Of a stretch of 64,000 bases of DNA, positions 15,902 to 29,707 are shown one piece after another. The stretch is taken from the NCBI RefSeq assembly GCF_009914755.1, contig NC_060933.1; one strand, 5' to 3'. The position numbers were made by a program, and so were the translations under genes. Positions within the stretch are counted from its first letter, which is position 1; every line of letters starts with the position of its first letter. The stretch comes from the human T2T-CHM13v2.0 reference genome, Homo sapiens. Below the pieces are notes generated by a model that saw only the letters and a list, made by a program, of their open reading frames with translations, ran no database searches and was not told the origin of the DNA.

Positions 15902-18900
15902 TTATTTGAGGTTTTCGGCAAAGTGCTGACAAGGGTAAAACTAGTGTTAGAAGATCATGCTGGTTACCAAGTGGAGTATTCCAGGTGACAGAGGAGGACC
16001 AAGGATGGTGACAGTGGGAAGGAGGAGACAGAGGTAAAAGGAGACTCCACACCACAGGTCACTGGTGATCGCCCTGTGAGGGCAGGGTTGTTTTATACAT
16101 GCTGTTCTTCAGCACCATGAACAGGGCCTGGCTGTTGGAGATGCCCAGTAAATATCTGTTGACAGAGAAAGGTTGACAGGGGCAGATGGATCCAGGATGA
16201 CTCCCAAATTCCTAACCCAGTGCAAAAGCCTGGATGATGATCCCAGTCTCCATTATGAGGGCCCCAGGAGGAGAAGCTGGATTGCAGGGAAAGATGAATC
16301 CAGAAGCCATCTCTCTGATCTAGAGGAAACGAGGCTGTGCTGTGTGGAAGGGATTAATGTTAGGAAGCAGACCAGACTTCCGTTCTTAGGACAGAAAAAA
16401 ATCTTGTAGCGGATAGTTCAAGGCTATAAAAGATCTGAAGGGACCCAGAGATGGTAAGAGTGGAAAGGTTCAGTCCTGCTGGGGGCAAAGGGATAGTTGA
16501 AAAACAAGCCAAAAACAATAATCACTTTCCTCAGAAGGCCAGGAAGGCAGGGCCCAGCTTCTCCATCAGCCACAGTGAGTGTCTTATAGCCCTCTGTGTG
16601 GTGGGTACCCACAGCCCATTAGCCAAGGCAGAGGAGGAGGAGGAAGGTATAGTAAGTGCATCTAGGATCATAAAGACCTTGTCAGATGCCCACACTCAAC
16701 TTTGCTCCCACTCCATATTCATCAACAAGATGGAAAAATGGGGTGCTCACAACTGCTTCTTAGGACTTATTCTTGACCAAATTCAATTTCTCTGTTCAGG
16801 GAAGGATGTGAAATATAACCTGCTTTCCAACTCTTAAGACCCAGAGCTCTGGCTCTTCACCTCAAAAAGCTACCTTCTGCAAGAGCTCCCTCAAAGTCAC
16901 TGCCACCCCCACTTCCTCACCCCACCACCCCTGCCCCAGGCACAGCTACCACCCACCCTCTGCTGCTAATTCACCTATAAATGGTCTCCTGCCTTGCGTC
17001 TCCACTCAGTTTTGTTCTTTCTCTAACAGGTTCCACTCCCCTGAAAGCCCACCCGATCCTTCCTGTTACCCTAGCACTGACTTCCTAAATGAAGTGCGGT
17101 GGCTCACAGTTCTGTCCTTCTCTGTTTTTGTCACTTTTTCCACTCACAATTCTTTGGGTCCTGGCTATGGTTAAGTGGCATTTCTCTACTTCATCCCTGG
17201 GTGCAGGGACAGAAATGCTTTTACCATCCCCAGTGCCCCTCTCTGGGGGTAGCAGAGAAGTCACTTTAGTTTTGTTTGGTCTGGTGGAGTAAGGCACGCC
17301 CTTCTTTCAGAGAGGGAGCTGTCATGGATCTAAGCCAGTCCCTGTCCTAGGAGTACTTGCAATTTAGACTTGCTCTTTAGTCAAGGAATGTTAAATATTG
17401 TAAAGCAATGCCGTAGCTGGAGGGGGAGAATCTTGGAATCCCCTTTCCATGAGTCTGCTATTTGAAGGTGTGGTGGGATCTCTTGGAAGTGTGGGCCCCT
17501 TGTACTCTGGATCTAATCCCTAGAGTCACCAAAGGGCCAACATAATGATTCTCAAACCAATCTGTGATCGGTCCCCTCATACCTTGAACTTGGGCAGGCT
17601 GCTAATTTTTATCAGAGCAATACACCCTGTAGATACCACCTCCCTGAACTCTAAACTGAGCAGAGCTCTAAACCATCAAAGAATCAGGCTATATAGACTT
17701 CCACCTTAAATGGGTGTAGATTCAACATGATTCCGAAAGTCACGTGACTTGCCTCGCTAACCAGGGTTCTTCTTCAGTGGGGAAACTACTTGGGCCTTTT
17801 TTCCTTCTCCTTTTCACCTACCTGAATTATTACATTTATTTATAATTAACATATATTGCATGTAATATTAAAAAAAAATAAAACTTAGAAAGACTTGGTG
17901 GTAGGTGCTGCTGAATTAGGTATCAGAGCCCCAGTTAGGTGGGTGTCCTGTGGAGTTTCTGATGAATCAAAAGCCATTGTTGGGCACTTTAAAAACATGG
18001 ACGCCTTGAGCCCTGGGCAGCCCCAAGGCTGTGACTACCGAGGGCACCCACAGAGGATTAGAACTGGGGCACTGGAATGAGAGGACCATCAGAAGCAAAG
18101 CCTGGATGCTCAAATTCCCACCACAGTCATAAAACTTAAGAGCATCTAAGTCGCAAGCAGCTTTTAGTTTCTTTCTTAAGAATCCAACTAATCTTGTGTT
18201 CCACCTTGTAGCCTTCTATAAAGTGTGACCATTCACTTGGTTGATGATTAATGATTCAGCTAGTAATTATTAAACAGAAAGGAACCAGAAATAAGAATCA
18301 CAAATTTACACAAAACATTTCATGTTCTTAATGCTAAACTTGAAGGTAAAACACTAGGAAGGTAGAAAACACAATGTTGCTGTTTGTTTTGTTCTTTTAA
18401 AGAATGAAGAAGTCAGATTTCCTGGTCCTTGTGTAGGCTCTCTTCCTGACAGGGTTTCTCAAACTTTTCTGCCAAAGTCCCTAGTTATTAGAGGCAGGAG
18501 GGTAAACTTGGACCCCAGCAGTCTGGGGGATTGCCCTGAAGGGCCATTAGCAAGGACCAATTATTTCTTTTTTTTTTTTTTTTAAAGACATGTTTAATTA
18601 AATAATAGGTTACTTCATCTTCATTATTTGCATTATATAAAAATAGGATTTTTTATTAATAAGAAAATAGCAGATTCTTTTGTGGCCTTAAGTTTCAGCT
18701 CTAAAATGATGCAAACTTTGCATTTTATAACGTAGTATATTTTATACAACTTAATATAAAAATGGTGTTTTAAACCATCTGCCATCAAAAAACCTCTGTG
18801 GTCCTCAGAGAGGCTTCTTATATATCCGGGGACACCCTCAGCGAGCAGCTACTGCAGTGTGGCCTGGGGCACTTGCACCCAGGTGAGAGGTGCTACGGGG

Positions 18901-19216
18901 TGTGGTGGTTTGTTAAACTAGCTGCCACTGTCCCAGGTTGTATCTTTAATGACTACCATTTAGTGAGCACTACTATGTGCCAGACTCTACGCCAAATGCT
19001 TTTATATGCTTATGCCATTTAAATTCTCACAACCACCTGCCTAAGGCCACACAGCTGTAAGGTGGCAGAGTGGGGATTCAAACACCTGTCTGCTTGGTTT
19101 CAAAGCCAACTGTGACCCCCTGCTGACTCTTAGAGGCCAAGGCTGAAGCCCCTGGCTGAGTGAGTGGTGGTGACCTGGGAAAAGGACTGTTGTGGTGCAT
19201 CTGGAAAGAGTGTGGG

Positions 19217-19336
19217 GGGTGTTCCGAAGGTAGTGCCTTATCTCAATTGATTGTTCACAGTCGGTTACAGATCAAACTCCTTGTTCTGCTCCTTCCCCCT
19301 TCTCACTACTGCACTTGACCAGTCTTTAAAAAAAAA
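19217..19336 (+). pseudogene. Y RNA (hY1) retropseudogene
   Basis: Near-full match to RNY1 (TCCGAAGGTAGTG..TTATCTCAATTGATTGTTCACAGTC..CTTCTCACTACTGCACTTGAC.AGTCTTT) followed by an A tail. Confidence 0.93.
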
Positions 19337-19871
19337 TACATACAATGCAGGTCTAATACGAGAAGGGTCAGAAAAGCTAGGCTTAGGTCTAGCTCTGCCT
19401 TTGACTAGCTATAGGTTCTTTAGGGAGGCCCTCAGCCCCGTCTATAAATGGGTCTGTGAAAGGGGCAATGGAAAAAAGATGAATGTTGAGCCACATCTCA
19501 GGCTCCTTTCTTGCTCCACTGCTTATCAGCTGTGTCATCTTAGGCACATCACTACGACTCTAAGCCTGTTTCCTCACTTCTAAAATGTGAAGAACAATAC
19601 CCACCTCACAGGGCTGCTGTGGGGATGAAAAATAATACACATGAAACACCTGGAACAGAGTTTACATATAGTAGTTGCACAATAAATGCTTCCCAATAGT
19701 AGTTATCCTTGTAATAGTGGTATTAGCGATACTACTAAAGTATTATTATATAAAGTAGTATTAGCGATGCTACTAAAGTATTCATATTTTAAAACTGTGA
19801 TTATTAAAGTGAGAAAAATGTATGAAAGGAATACTACAAATTAAGGTAATCCACTAAAAATAAGGAGCTGG

Positions 19872-20265
<394 letters not shown>

Positions 20266-20749
20266 TTAGCCTGGGGAAATAATGCCTGGGTCAAGTTAGG
20301 GAAGATCCAGGTCCCTCTGCTGAGGGACAGTTTGGAGGACAGAGCCTGACCCTCCATGAAGAGAGACTCTCAAGGTCTCTTTTAGCTTTAACATTGGCTA
20401 AGTGTGATTCTATGACTCAACCAGTCTGCCCTAATTCCTCAGTGTGGGCAGGACATGAAAGACAACCCACCAGTATCTCAGTGAGTTTGTGTGGCGCCCA
20501 CCTTGGCAGTCACACACAGACACTTCCCAGAGTCTCAGTGATGACGATTCTCTCTAAGGGGAACCCAAGCCTTAACCAAAGACCACCTCTCCATCTTCCT
20601 GCTGGGGCCTTGCAGGTCAGCCTAGAGGGAGTTTTCCAGAGCAGGTGGCTTCCTGAGTGGCCAAGATCATGTGAGCAGGATAAGTTCTCTTCTCGCTGGG
20701 CCTTTCCTCCCTAAGCTGGTGTCCCAGGCACCTCTCTCTGTTTGGAAAT

Positions 20750-21060
20750 CAGATTCTTTATGGTTTATTTTTGACACCAGATAATCGCTGCCCAAGTTTC
20801 ATCAATTTGTCACTGTTTTTATTGTCAGCAATTGCCCATAACTGGAGCACGTTTAAAATGTCATTGATCTTGGTATTACAGTGTCATAATCTGACAGTAA
20901 TATGTGTAGCCAGCACAGGAAGCCCAGGCTCTGAGATTGATGGGGCACAGCACACCAATTATATTCTGTCCATCTAAGTGATAAAAGAGTACGTAGGAGG
21001 CCTTCAATAGATAAATTAGATATCACTCCCAATTATGTCCTTTATTTTATGGAGTCATAT
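20750..21060. promoter_or_regulatory. Candidate enhancer (TALE/HOX motif cluster)
   Basis: Six TGACA/TGTCA sites in 20772-20897, TTTATGG 20757, TTTATTG 20818, AGATTGATGG 20934-20943; no TE. Confidence 0.55.
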
Positions 21061-22769
21061 GCTCCCCTTAGAACTTTTTTTCTTCATTTGGCTTGTAAAG
21101 GGGAATTACTTGACCCCCCTAAAGACTGGGACTGCCTCCCCTGCCTGTCCCAACTTGGGTTCTACCCTGATCCCTTCCGACAGGCTCATAGTCTTTCACC
21201 TGGGCTTTCTCTGGGACTCACCTAGGAGTTCCCCAGTGTGGTAGGTCCACAGGTGTAAAGGGAAGGAGGCAGAGGTGCTTCACCATTTGGGAAGGAGTTG
21301 GGTCAGGCCTTTGGGAAGGACTAGGAAGTCTGACAATGCCTTTAATGTGACACTGCCCAAATAAATGAGACCGGGAGAGGGGCTGGAAAATGGGTAAAAA
21401 TCCTCCAGTCCAGACAACAGAGCCTTCAAATTAGGACAACTAGTAATTGGCTATGGCTGGGGAGGAAGAGGATGGTAAAAAGGTTTTCAGTCCTTAAGAA
21501 GTGAATTCATCCATCCCTCTACCTCCACTCCAGACTGGGTGGGGCCAATTCAAGCCCTTCCTCGGAAGAACTCCCAGAATCTTCTACATCCCCATTCTGA
21601 TCCATATCAGATGACTTCCTCAGCTCAAGTCCTAGCTCTGCCACTGTGGTAGGGACATAATACCAGCTTTCCTGGGGGAGGCAGAGGGCTCCTGTTTGAG
21701 AAAAAGCCCCAAGAATGGTTCATTTCCAAGAAGAGAGCTCACCTGAGGCAGGGAAGTGCCTGGCCAAGGAATAGAGGTACAGTGAAGGCATAACTTTATT
21801 GGAGGCCTGGCTTATAAGCATCATAAACTCTGAGGACAGCCTTGACCTGGTCCAGACCCCTGTTTCCCCATCCCCCAAAGCCAGCAGGAAACACGGCAGA
21901 GGCCGAGACACCAAGTAGTAAACAGTGATCTAGGTCCATTGATCGAGCTTTCAAAGAGAAAGTGTCCATGGGTTGGGCTGCTCTCCATTGCCCTGTTGCC
22001 ATCTCAATGTTATAAATAATTCTGGCACTAAGTGCCCTGTCACACCGAGTGGAAGTAGTTCTTATAGAGTGAAACCTGAGAATATGGGTCATGGGAGGAG
22101 GGGTGACTGGGGGCAGGGGTAGAGATGGGGAGCGATCACCCCAAGGCTCCTCAACTATACCTCTAGGCTGGTGATAGATGAATTTCTGGAGCAGAGGATG
22201 GCATTTCAAATGAAATGGTTATAGGAAATGAGTGTGATTTAAACAACGTCTTGGCTGATAAGCACCAGCCAGCTGGGGGGAGATGGCAGGCTAGAAGTGG
22301 AGGAATCAAAAGCCCAGAGGCCCCCAGTGTTAAGTAGCTGTCTGAAGCTCCGCTCAAACACACACACCAGCTTTGGTCTCAACATGTTTTTAAGAGCTGG
22401 TTATGATTTCCTTGAGGGCGGCTCAGATTAAGACTAGAGTGGAGCCCCCAGCTAAGCACCTTCAATAACTGTCCATCACTTCCTCTTTAGAAACAGCAGC
22501 CTCTTCCCCTTGGCTCAGGGACCCTGTAATTGGGGAGGGCTGTGAAGCTGCATGGCTTGTCAGCCTGTTCCCAGGCAGCACGGGGCCTGTCTGTCCTTTG
22601 CCTGGGGTCCTGCCCTGGATCCCAGGAACAGAGATTGAGCCCCACCCACAGAGAGCTCTCAGTCTTCAAGAAGAGAGAAAACATACAACCTAGAAAAGAA
22701 GAGAGGAAGCTAAGAGAGCAAAAGGATGGAAGCCAAGGAAGAGGAAACTGTCACCAAATCCAGAATTTG

Positions 22770-23772
22770 GGCCTTTCTCACCACATGCACTGCTGCCATC
22801 CTGGTCCAAGCCACACATTTCTCACTTGGATTAGTGCAATGACCTTTCAACAAGTCTCCCTGCATCTTCCCTTGGCCCCCTGTGATCTATTCTCAACACA
22901 AAAGACAAAAAGACTATTTAAAAACTGAAGTCCAGGCCAGGTGCAGTGGCTCACGACTGTAATTCCAGCACTTTGGGAGGCCAAGGTGGGTGGATCACGA
23001 GGTCAGGAGTTCAAGACCAGCCTGGCCAAGATGGTGAAACCCCGTCTCTACTAAAACTACAAAAATTAGCTGGGCATGGTGGCAGGTGCCTGTAATCCCA
23101 GCTACTTGGGAGGCTGAGGCATAAGAATCACTTGAACCTGGGTGGCAGAAGTTGTAGTGAGTGAAGATTGTGCCACTGCACTCTAGCTTGGGTGACAGAG
23201 TGAGACTGTCTCTCAAAACAAAACAAGACCCTGAAGTCCAATCATGTCTTTCCTCTCTACTTCACTCAGAATAAAAAGCAAAGTCCTTAAGTTGACTTAC
23301 GAGGCCGAACATCATCTGTTCCCTCCTTACCTCTCTGATGCCATCTCCTCCCACTCTTGCTCACTCCCACAGACTTGCCAGGCATGTTCCTGCCTCAGGG
23401 CCTTAGCACCAGCCACTCCCTCTACTTGGAATACTCTTGCCAAGATGTCTATGGGGCTAACTTCCTCTCTCACCTCTAAGTCTTTGTTCAAATACCATAT
23501 TCGCAGTGAGCTCTCCTTGACAACCATACTAAAAACCTCAGATTTCCCCTCCATGCTGATCCTTCTGTACGTGATCTATTCCTTTTCTGTAACAATTATC
23601 ATTTTCTAATATATGATATAATTTACTTATTTAGTAAGAATATTGTTCATTATCTGTCTTTCTCTGCTAGAATGTAAACTCCACACAGGTGGGGGGTCTT
23701 TCTCTGTTTTGATCACCAATGTATTCTAAGAACTTGGAATAGTACTCAATAATAATTGCTTAGTGAGTAAAT
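22770..23772 (+). mobile_element. L2 interrupted by AluS (22934-23226)
   Basis: L2 3' sequence ending AATAATTGCTTAGTGAGTAAATG; Alu flanked by TSD CTGAAGTCCA. Confidence 0.8.
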
Positions 23773-26700
23773 GCAAAGGATGAGGTTCACCAGGGGAGGG
23801 TTTGGAGAAGAGAACAGAGGGGAGGCCATCCCAGGCTTGGGATGAACTTGTGCCTTATCTCACAACAGGCCATGTGTGAGGATCTGAGAGTCCGAGTGTT
23901 GGGCACAAGTTCAAGAGTCGGGCTAGGGCATCACCCAAAATGGAGAGATTCAGTTATCAAAGAGACTAGGCTGGATTTACCTCTGGAATCTGGTGGAGGA
24001 CTTGGCTTTAGGTTGGGATTTTACCATCATCATGACCAAAGAATACTTGGGGATAATAATGCCAAAGGGATGTGCAGGGCAAGAATGAGGTGGTTGGGAA
24101 TGGAGGCAGACTGGGAATTCAGGTGTGGGGGGGTAGCTGAAAGAACAGGCATGTGTCTTCTAAGTCTGGAAAAAAGATTGAGGTGGAATTAGAGGGCCTG
24201 AAGGAAAATTGTGTATGCAAGTGGGAGGAAGAGCCTGGGTCACTGGAAGCTATCATCTCCAAGAGCATGTTCCATCTCCACTGAGGGCAGAATCAAAAGC
24301 CATGGGCCGCATCTAAAGTCGAAGGAACTAGAGTGAGACATCAAGAAAGGCCTCCCAACAATGTGACAGGTGGTGGAGGGGAAGCACTGGGCCTTTTTCT
24401 CTGGAAAACTTGAGGAGGACCTAACTGGGTGCATACCTGAGCCAGGCTAACCCAGAGGGCACTGTGAGGCTCTGGGGTGGGAGTGTGGTACTAGAGCCCT
24501 GGAGAGGGTTCCTGCCTCTGCCTGGCTCCCAACTCCATCCTCTCACCTGCCAGGCTTCTGAGCTTCTAAGCACGCAGAAATGTCCTCTCTCCTGACCTCA
24601 AGTTTCTCCATCTTTTCAGAGTGGAAAGTGAGAGTATTTAGTATTCCAAGGCCCCACCAGTCCAGGGGCCAAAACATGTTTACCACATCTCCTCAGAATA
24701 TCAGTGCTCAACTCGGTTTTGTGGTGGCCTCAGGGTACAAGCCAGGAGAAGCAGAAAATACCTTTGGAGGTTATACAATTCAGTGGTTACTGCAGTACTA
24801 ATGGAGTGAGGACATGGGTGGCCTGGGAGTTCTGAGGTTCCTGGGAGACTTACCTGTCACTGTATAACTTTTGGTGCCTTTTGAGTTTTGAACCATGTAC
24901 GTGTATTTCTTATTCAAAAAACATAAAACAATTAAAATCAGATGAAAGCAACAACAATAATAACAACAAAGAATAGGTCTAGGGAAGTGGGAACTTGATG
25001 CCTCCAATTGCTACCCTGAAGGCAATGACCTGCCTCCTCTTGCCCATGTGTACCCTCCTCCACGTCTGGCATCTCCATTCTCTAGAGGCTCAGAGAGGGG
25101 TGTGGAAGGCCTGATGTCACCCAGCATTTAAGACTAGCAAAATTCTGGGGCTTAGCTGTCCAGACTCTCAGTGTTGTCTTTCTTTTCTGATCCTCAATGA
25201 CCCCGTCTACTCATTGACCTCTCCATGTTTTTGGCAGAACTTTGCATATGCTACAAATCAACCTTCAATGGGTCGTTTTTAAAACTGTGTGGTCTTAAAT
25301 GCCACCTTTCCCAGGAAGTAATCTCTTTTCACAAAGAGAAAGATGACAGCTCTCCTCTCCCCCAGTGTGGTGTCTGATGGTTCATTCCCTCCCTTCCTGC
25401 CTCCCTCCTCCCTACCACCCTCTACCACTAAAGTGGCTCTCCACTGAAACTTGGCCCTGTCTCTGATGAGATATGTGACCTTGAGCAAGTCATTTAACCT
25501 TTCTGTGTGTCTGTTTCTTCATCTGTAATTGAGGATCCTGACCTTCCTCCCATGGCTCTTCACTTATGCATTTGTACAGCAAGCATGTATTCTGTGCCTG
25601 GTGCTGAACCTGGCACTGAGGATCACACAAGACAATGTATGTGAAGTTAATACAGAGACAGAAAGTTACTGCCAAGGCCTCCTTCCTTGGATGCTGTTCT
25701 GGGCTGGGTGCTCCAACCCCCTCATCTGGCATGCCCTTGGAGGAACTGCTTCACAGTCTACTCCAAACCTCTCAACTTCTAGCATTGCTCCTGGGCTGAA
25801 GCCGATATCCTGCTCTGCATGAAGGGTCAGGGGGTGCAGAAATAGCCTATTTCCCAGGCTTTTTCATTTGGTTAGATCCTTAGGTACCACTTTGCCTACA
25901 AGAAGGAATAATGCTGAAATCTGTCTGTTGGTCTTTAATCTGGAATTTTCAGTGTCCACCTCTCTTGCCCTCTGTGGGCCTTTCCCTGGGACTTGGGCTG
26001 GAACAAGGGGTAGGAAATGGATTCTATCCATGTCCTCACTCTGCTCATTTCTCTCCTTTCCTGAATCCCATGCATCCATGGAGATTGGTACAGTGGCTAA
26101 GATTCTGGGATTGGAAACTCACATTTGTCTCCCTCCAAATGTAAGCTGGGCTGTGGAGGAAAGATGGTCCCTTCTTTAAAATGAACACCACCATCTCAGA
26201 GTATACAGGAGCTTGCTTCAGGCAGAGGAGGCAGAGCTGCCTTCCAGAGCTCTTGGCAGGAAGCTGTCCCCACTCCCTGCCTGACCACCGAGGATTGGGT
26301 GAGCATCACTGGGAGGGAGCGGTGTTTATAGAAAAAACGTGCTGCTTCAGCCCTGGTCATTGCTGATGGACCATGGCAGCAAGGAAGGTCAAGTCCAGAC
26401 TAAGGAGGTACTTCTCATTATCAGGGACTGGGTTTAAGGTGAGAGGTTGGTTGGAACTACTCAGACATGGTCTTCCCAGAGCAAGGAGGAAGGATGAGAT
26501 GATCTGGGAGTTGTGAAGGACTCAGGGGTTCCATGATGTTGCAGAGCTGGCAGTGACTGGGAGGATGCCAGGGAGATGTCAGTTCACCCATGTCTAGAGC
26601 AGAAACCCCATGGTCAGAGACCAGGTATCTGGAACCCCAACATTCCCAGCATAATGCCTCGCACAAGGCTAACTGGAGACTGAGGAAGACAAGTCCTTCC

Positions 26701-27769
26701 CTGGAAGATGGTGCCAACACTGTGCTCACAGAAGGACAGCTACTTTAAAGCCCCAGCAGGAAAATGATCCCACACTGTGGGACCTGGAAGTACTTCTTCA
26801 TGTCCAGCCTCAATCCTCCTTACCACAGCTCAATTGGATCTCAGTCCAACCTGTGGGATTTGTCCATGCCCAGAGGTGAAACCCAGCAAGGAATATGGAC
26901 TTTGCTTTTAGGCCTACGCTGTTGGCTGTGGGAGATAGAACAAGTTGGCCAAACTGTCGAGTACCTGTCTCCACACCTGGGGAGTCCCCAGGAAAGTGGA
27001 GAGGGAAGATCTTCCAGGGAACGGCCACCCTCCATGAGGAGATAAGCAGAACAGCAGAGGGCAAGGAAGGTTCAGTGGCCAGGAGAGGTGGGGCTCAGGG
27101 AGTCCCTCCTGGCTGGGGGTGAGGGAGCTTCCTGGATGCTCAGCCTCTCCAAGCCCCTGAGGAAAGACTGTAGCTTCTGGAGGGCAGGAGCTGATCCTGC
27201 ATCATCTCGGCAGACCAGTGCCCAGCACACAGCAGATGCTCAAAACACATGGGTTGAATGAATGAGCCTGCGGTCAAGAGCCTGCCCAGCCAGCAGGTGG
27301 AGTGGGTCTTTGGAGAAGGGATTCCCCTCTCTGGGCCTCCATTTCTTCATTTGTAGAATGAGGGGCTGCAGTAGATTGTCTCTAAGGTTTTGTCAGCCCC
27401 TGACGATCTGTGGTTTCCTGTTTCCCTGCTCTCTCGTCAATTCCTTGCCTATTCTTTTTCCCTCTACAGCTTCTCTTTTCCTTTCCCTTTAAGTCTTTTT
27501 CTTCCACTAACCCCCAATCTCTGCACCCCCATTTTCAGTCTCTCCCCTCCCCAGACAATTTCTCTGGCTTTCCCCTTTACAGGTATTTCTTCCTCTCTGC
27601 TTCTGATAACTGCCCCCATCACTACCCTTCCCTGATGCCTTCAGTGTTCTGCACCCCCTGCCCCCCAAAAGCCGCCCATTCTAGTGCCCCTTTCATCCAC
27701 CTTAGATCCCAGAGGCGGGAGATTGGAAGAAAAGGAGGAGGGTCCTAAAGCAGCCACTCCCCTGCCCTG

Positions 27770-28120
27770 CAATGGCCCCACCGCGATGTCCCCGTCCCCC
27801 CGCCCCGCCCCCCTCCCCGCCACGCCTCTCCCTCAGCAGCCAGTGCCGCACTGAGCCCTCGCCCCACGCTAATGCGATCTGGAGAGACCCGGTCGGTGCG
27901 GGCGGCGGGCAGTCTGGCCCAGCGTCCAGGGCGGCGCTGATGGATGGTCCCCTGACAGTAATCGCAGAATGAGGACGCGCAGGTGACGCTCTTGCCCGAG
28001 GCCCTGCTGTTTGGCTAGCCCAGGAGTCTCTCCCTCCGCAGCGTCTGCCTTCTGGGCGCTCTCAACTCACTCGGCTTTGCGGGAGGTTCAAAGCCTCAGG
28101 TTAGGGCAGAGGTGCGGGCT
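27770..28120. promoter_or_regulatory. Small CpG-rich element with PBX/HOX and MEIS/PREP sites
   Basis: TGATGGATGG 27938-27947 and TGACAG 27953-27958, with GC boxes upstream. Confidence 0.55.
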
Positions 28121-29292
28121 TCCTCTGCTCTCTCTCTCCCAAGACACTGGTTTCTGTTTGGGAACAGATCCCTTCTTGGATCCACGCTGCTTCTGTGATT
28201 CTGAACAAGCCACCCATCTCCTGGAGTCTCAGTTCTCCCTTCTGTATAATGGCCTTTAAAGCCTGGTGGAGTGTTGGGGGCACGGGAGATAATACTGAGG
28301 AAAATCACGCTCTCTCTTAAGTAGAAACCGAATTTCACTTTTAGTTTACAATGCTCAGAACAATCTGGGCCAAATGTGCGAAGCCAAGTAAGAGCTGAGT
28401 GGCTACTCACACACAGAATATATGTTTATACACATACACAAAATGTTTTTAGCATACCAGGACTGCTTAGATGTCTTTAAAGAGAACACTAGCCCAGGTA
28501 CTTCTCCAGGGAGGCGACTGTCTCCAGCAGGACTTTTTCTCCCCTCTACTGAGGCCACCTACCTGTCTTAAGCCCCCAGACCCCATCCGTTCTGGGGTTC
28601 CCCTGCAATCCAGAGCCAGGCTGAGGTGGTATGCGGGAAGATCTCCCTTTGGAAAATGTTTCTGTATAATTTCCCAACTCCTTGACCATGTTCTCCCCAC
28701 CTCACCCACATTCAGATAACACAGGTTCTAAGGCTCCTTCACTCCTCCACCCCTGGGGGATACTCCTTGGGCCTGGCCCTGTGGAGGGGCTGGGAGGTGG
28801 GATCCAGAACCAATTGCAATTCTGAACGCACACCCAGCCGCCTCCTCACTCCCTTTTAACCTTTCCCTCTAGTCAGAAGCCAAATTGAGATAGTCTTGAG
28901 TTTTGATTTAATTCCTGAAATGGAGTCATAATCTGCTTAGTGTCCTTTCTCCCGAGTCCTAGATACTGAAGTGTGTGTGTCTGTCAGGGGGAGTTAAAAG
29001 AGCAGCTCTGTGACCTTTAGAGGACCCTCACACTCACTCACCTCCCAAACACCACCAAAGAGCAGGAGACGCCATGGCACTGAATTGCTGGGTAGTATGA
29101 TGATGGTACTGACAACTCACATTTACTAGGCACTTACCACATGCCAGTACTGAGACAGGCACTATACACGCATTTCTCACTTAATTCTCACAACTACCTT
29201 TCAGGTAGGTACCATTCATATCCCCAACTTACAGATGAAGAAACTGAGGCTTAGCGAGGTTAAGCAGTTTATGTTCCATCCTGCAGCGATCA

Positions 29293-29707
29293 CAGACGGT
29301 CCTCAACTTATGATGCTTTGACTTACAATTTCTCAGCTTTATGATGATGCCGAAGTGATATGCATTCATTAGATACTGTACTTCTAATACTCATACAACA
29401 GCTCTGTTTTTCACTTTCAGTACAGTACATTATAACATGTTGAATCTCATGTTGAATACATGAGATGAATAAATATCTCATGTTGAATACATGAGCTATT
29501 CAACACTTTATTATAAAATAGGCTTTGTGCTAGATGATCTCGCCCAACTGTAGGCTGATGAATGTGTCCTGAGCACTTTAAGGTAAGCGAGGCTGAACTA
29601 TGATGTTTGGTGGGTTAGGTGTATGAAATGCATATCCACCTTACAATATTTTCAGCTTGCTACAGCTTTATCGGGACACAGCCTCATCGTAAGTCAAGGA
29701 GAGTCTA
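29293..29707 (-). mobile_element. MER47A (Tigger MITE) inside a MIR
   Basis: TIR-like ends CAGACGGTCCTCAACTTATGATG and CATCGTAAGTCAAGGAGAGTCT; the interior matches MER47 as I recall it. Confidence 0.8.

Noticed and set aside
19720-19782. 25-bp direct repeat GTATTAGCGATRCTACTAAAGTATT, two copies
   Set aside because: Simple local duplication in AT-rich sequence; not CRISPR-like.
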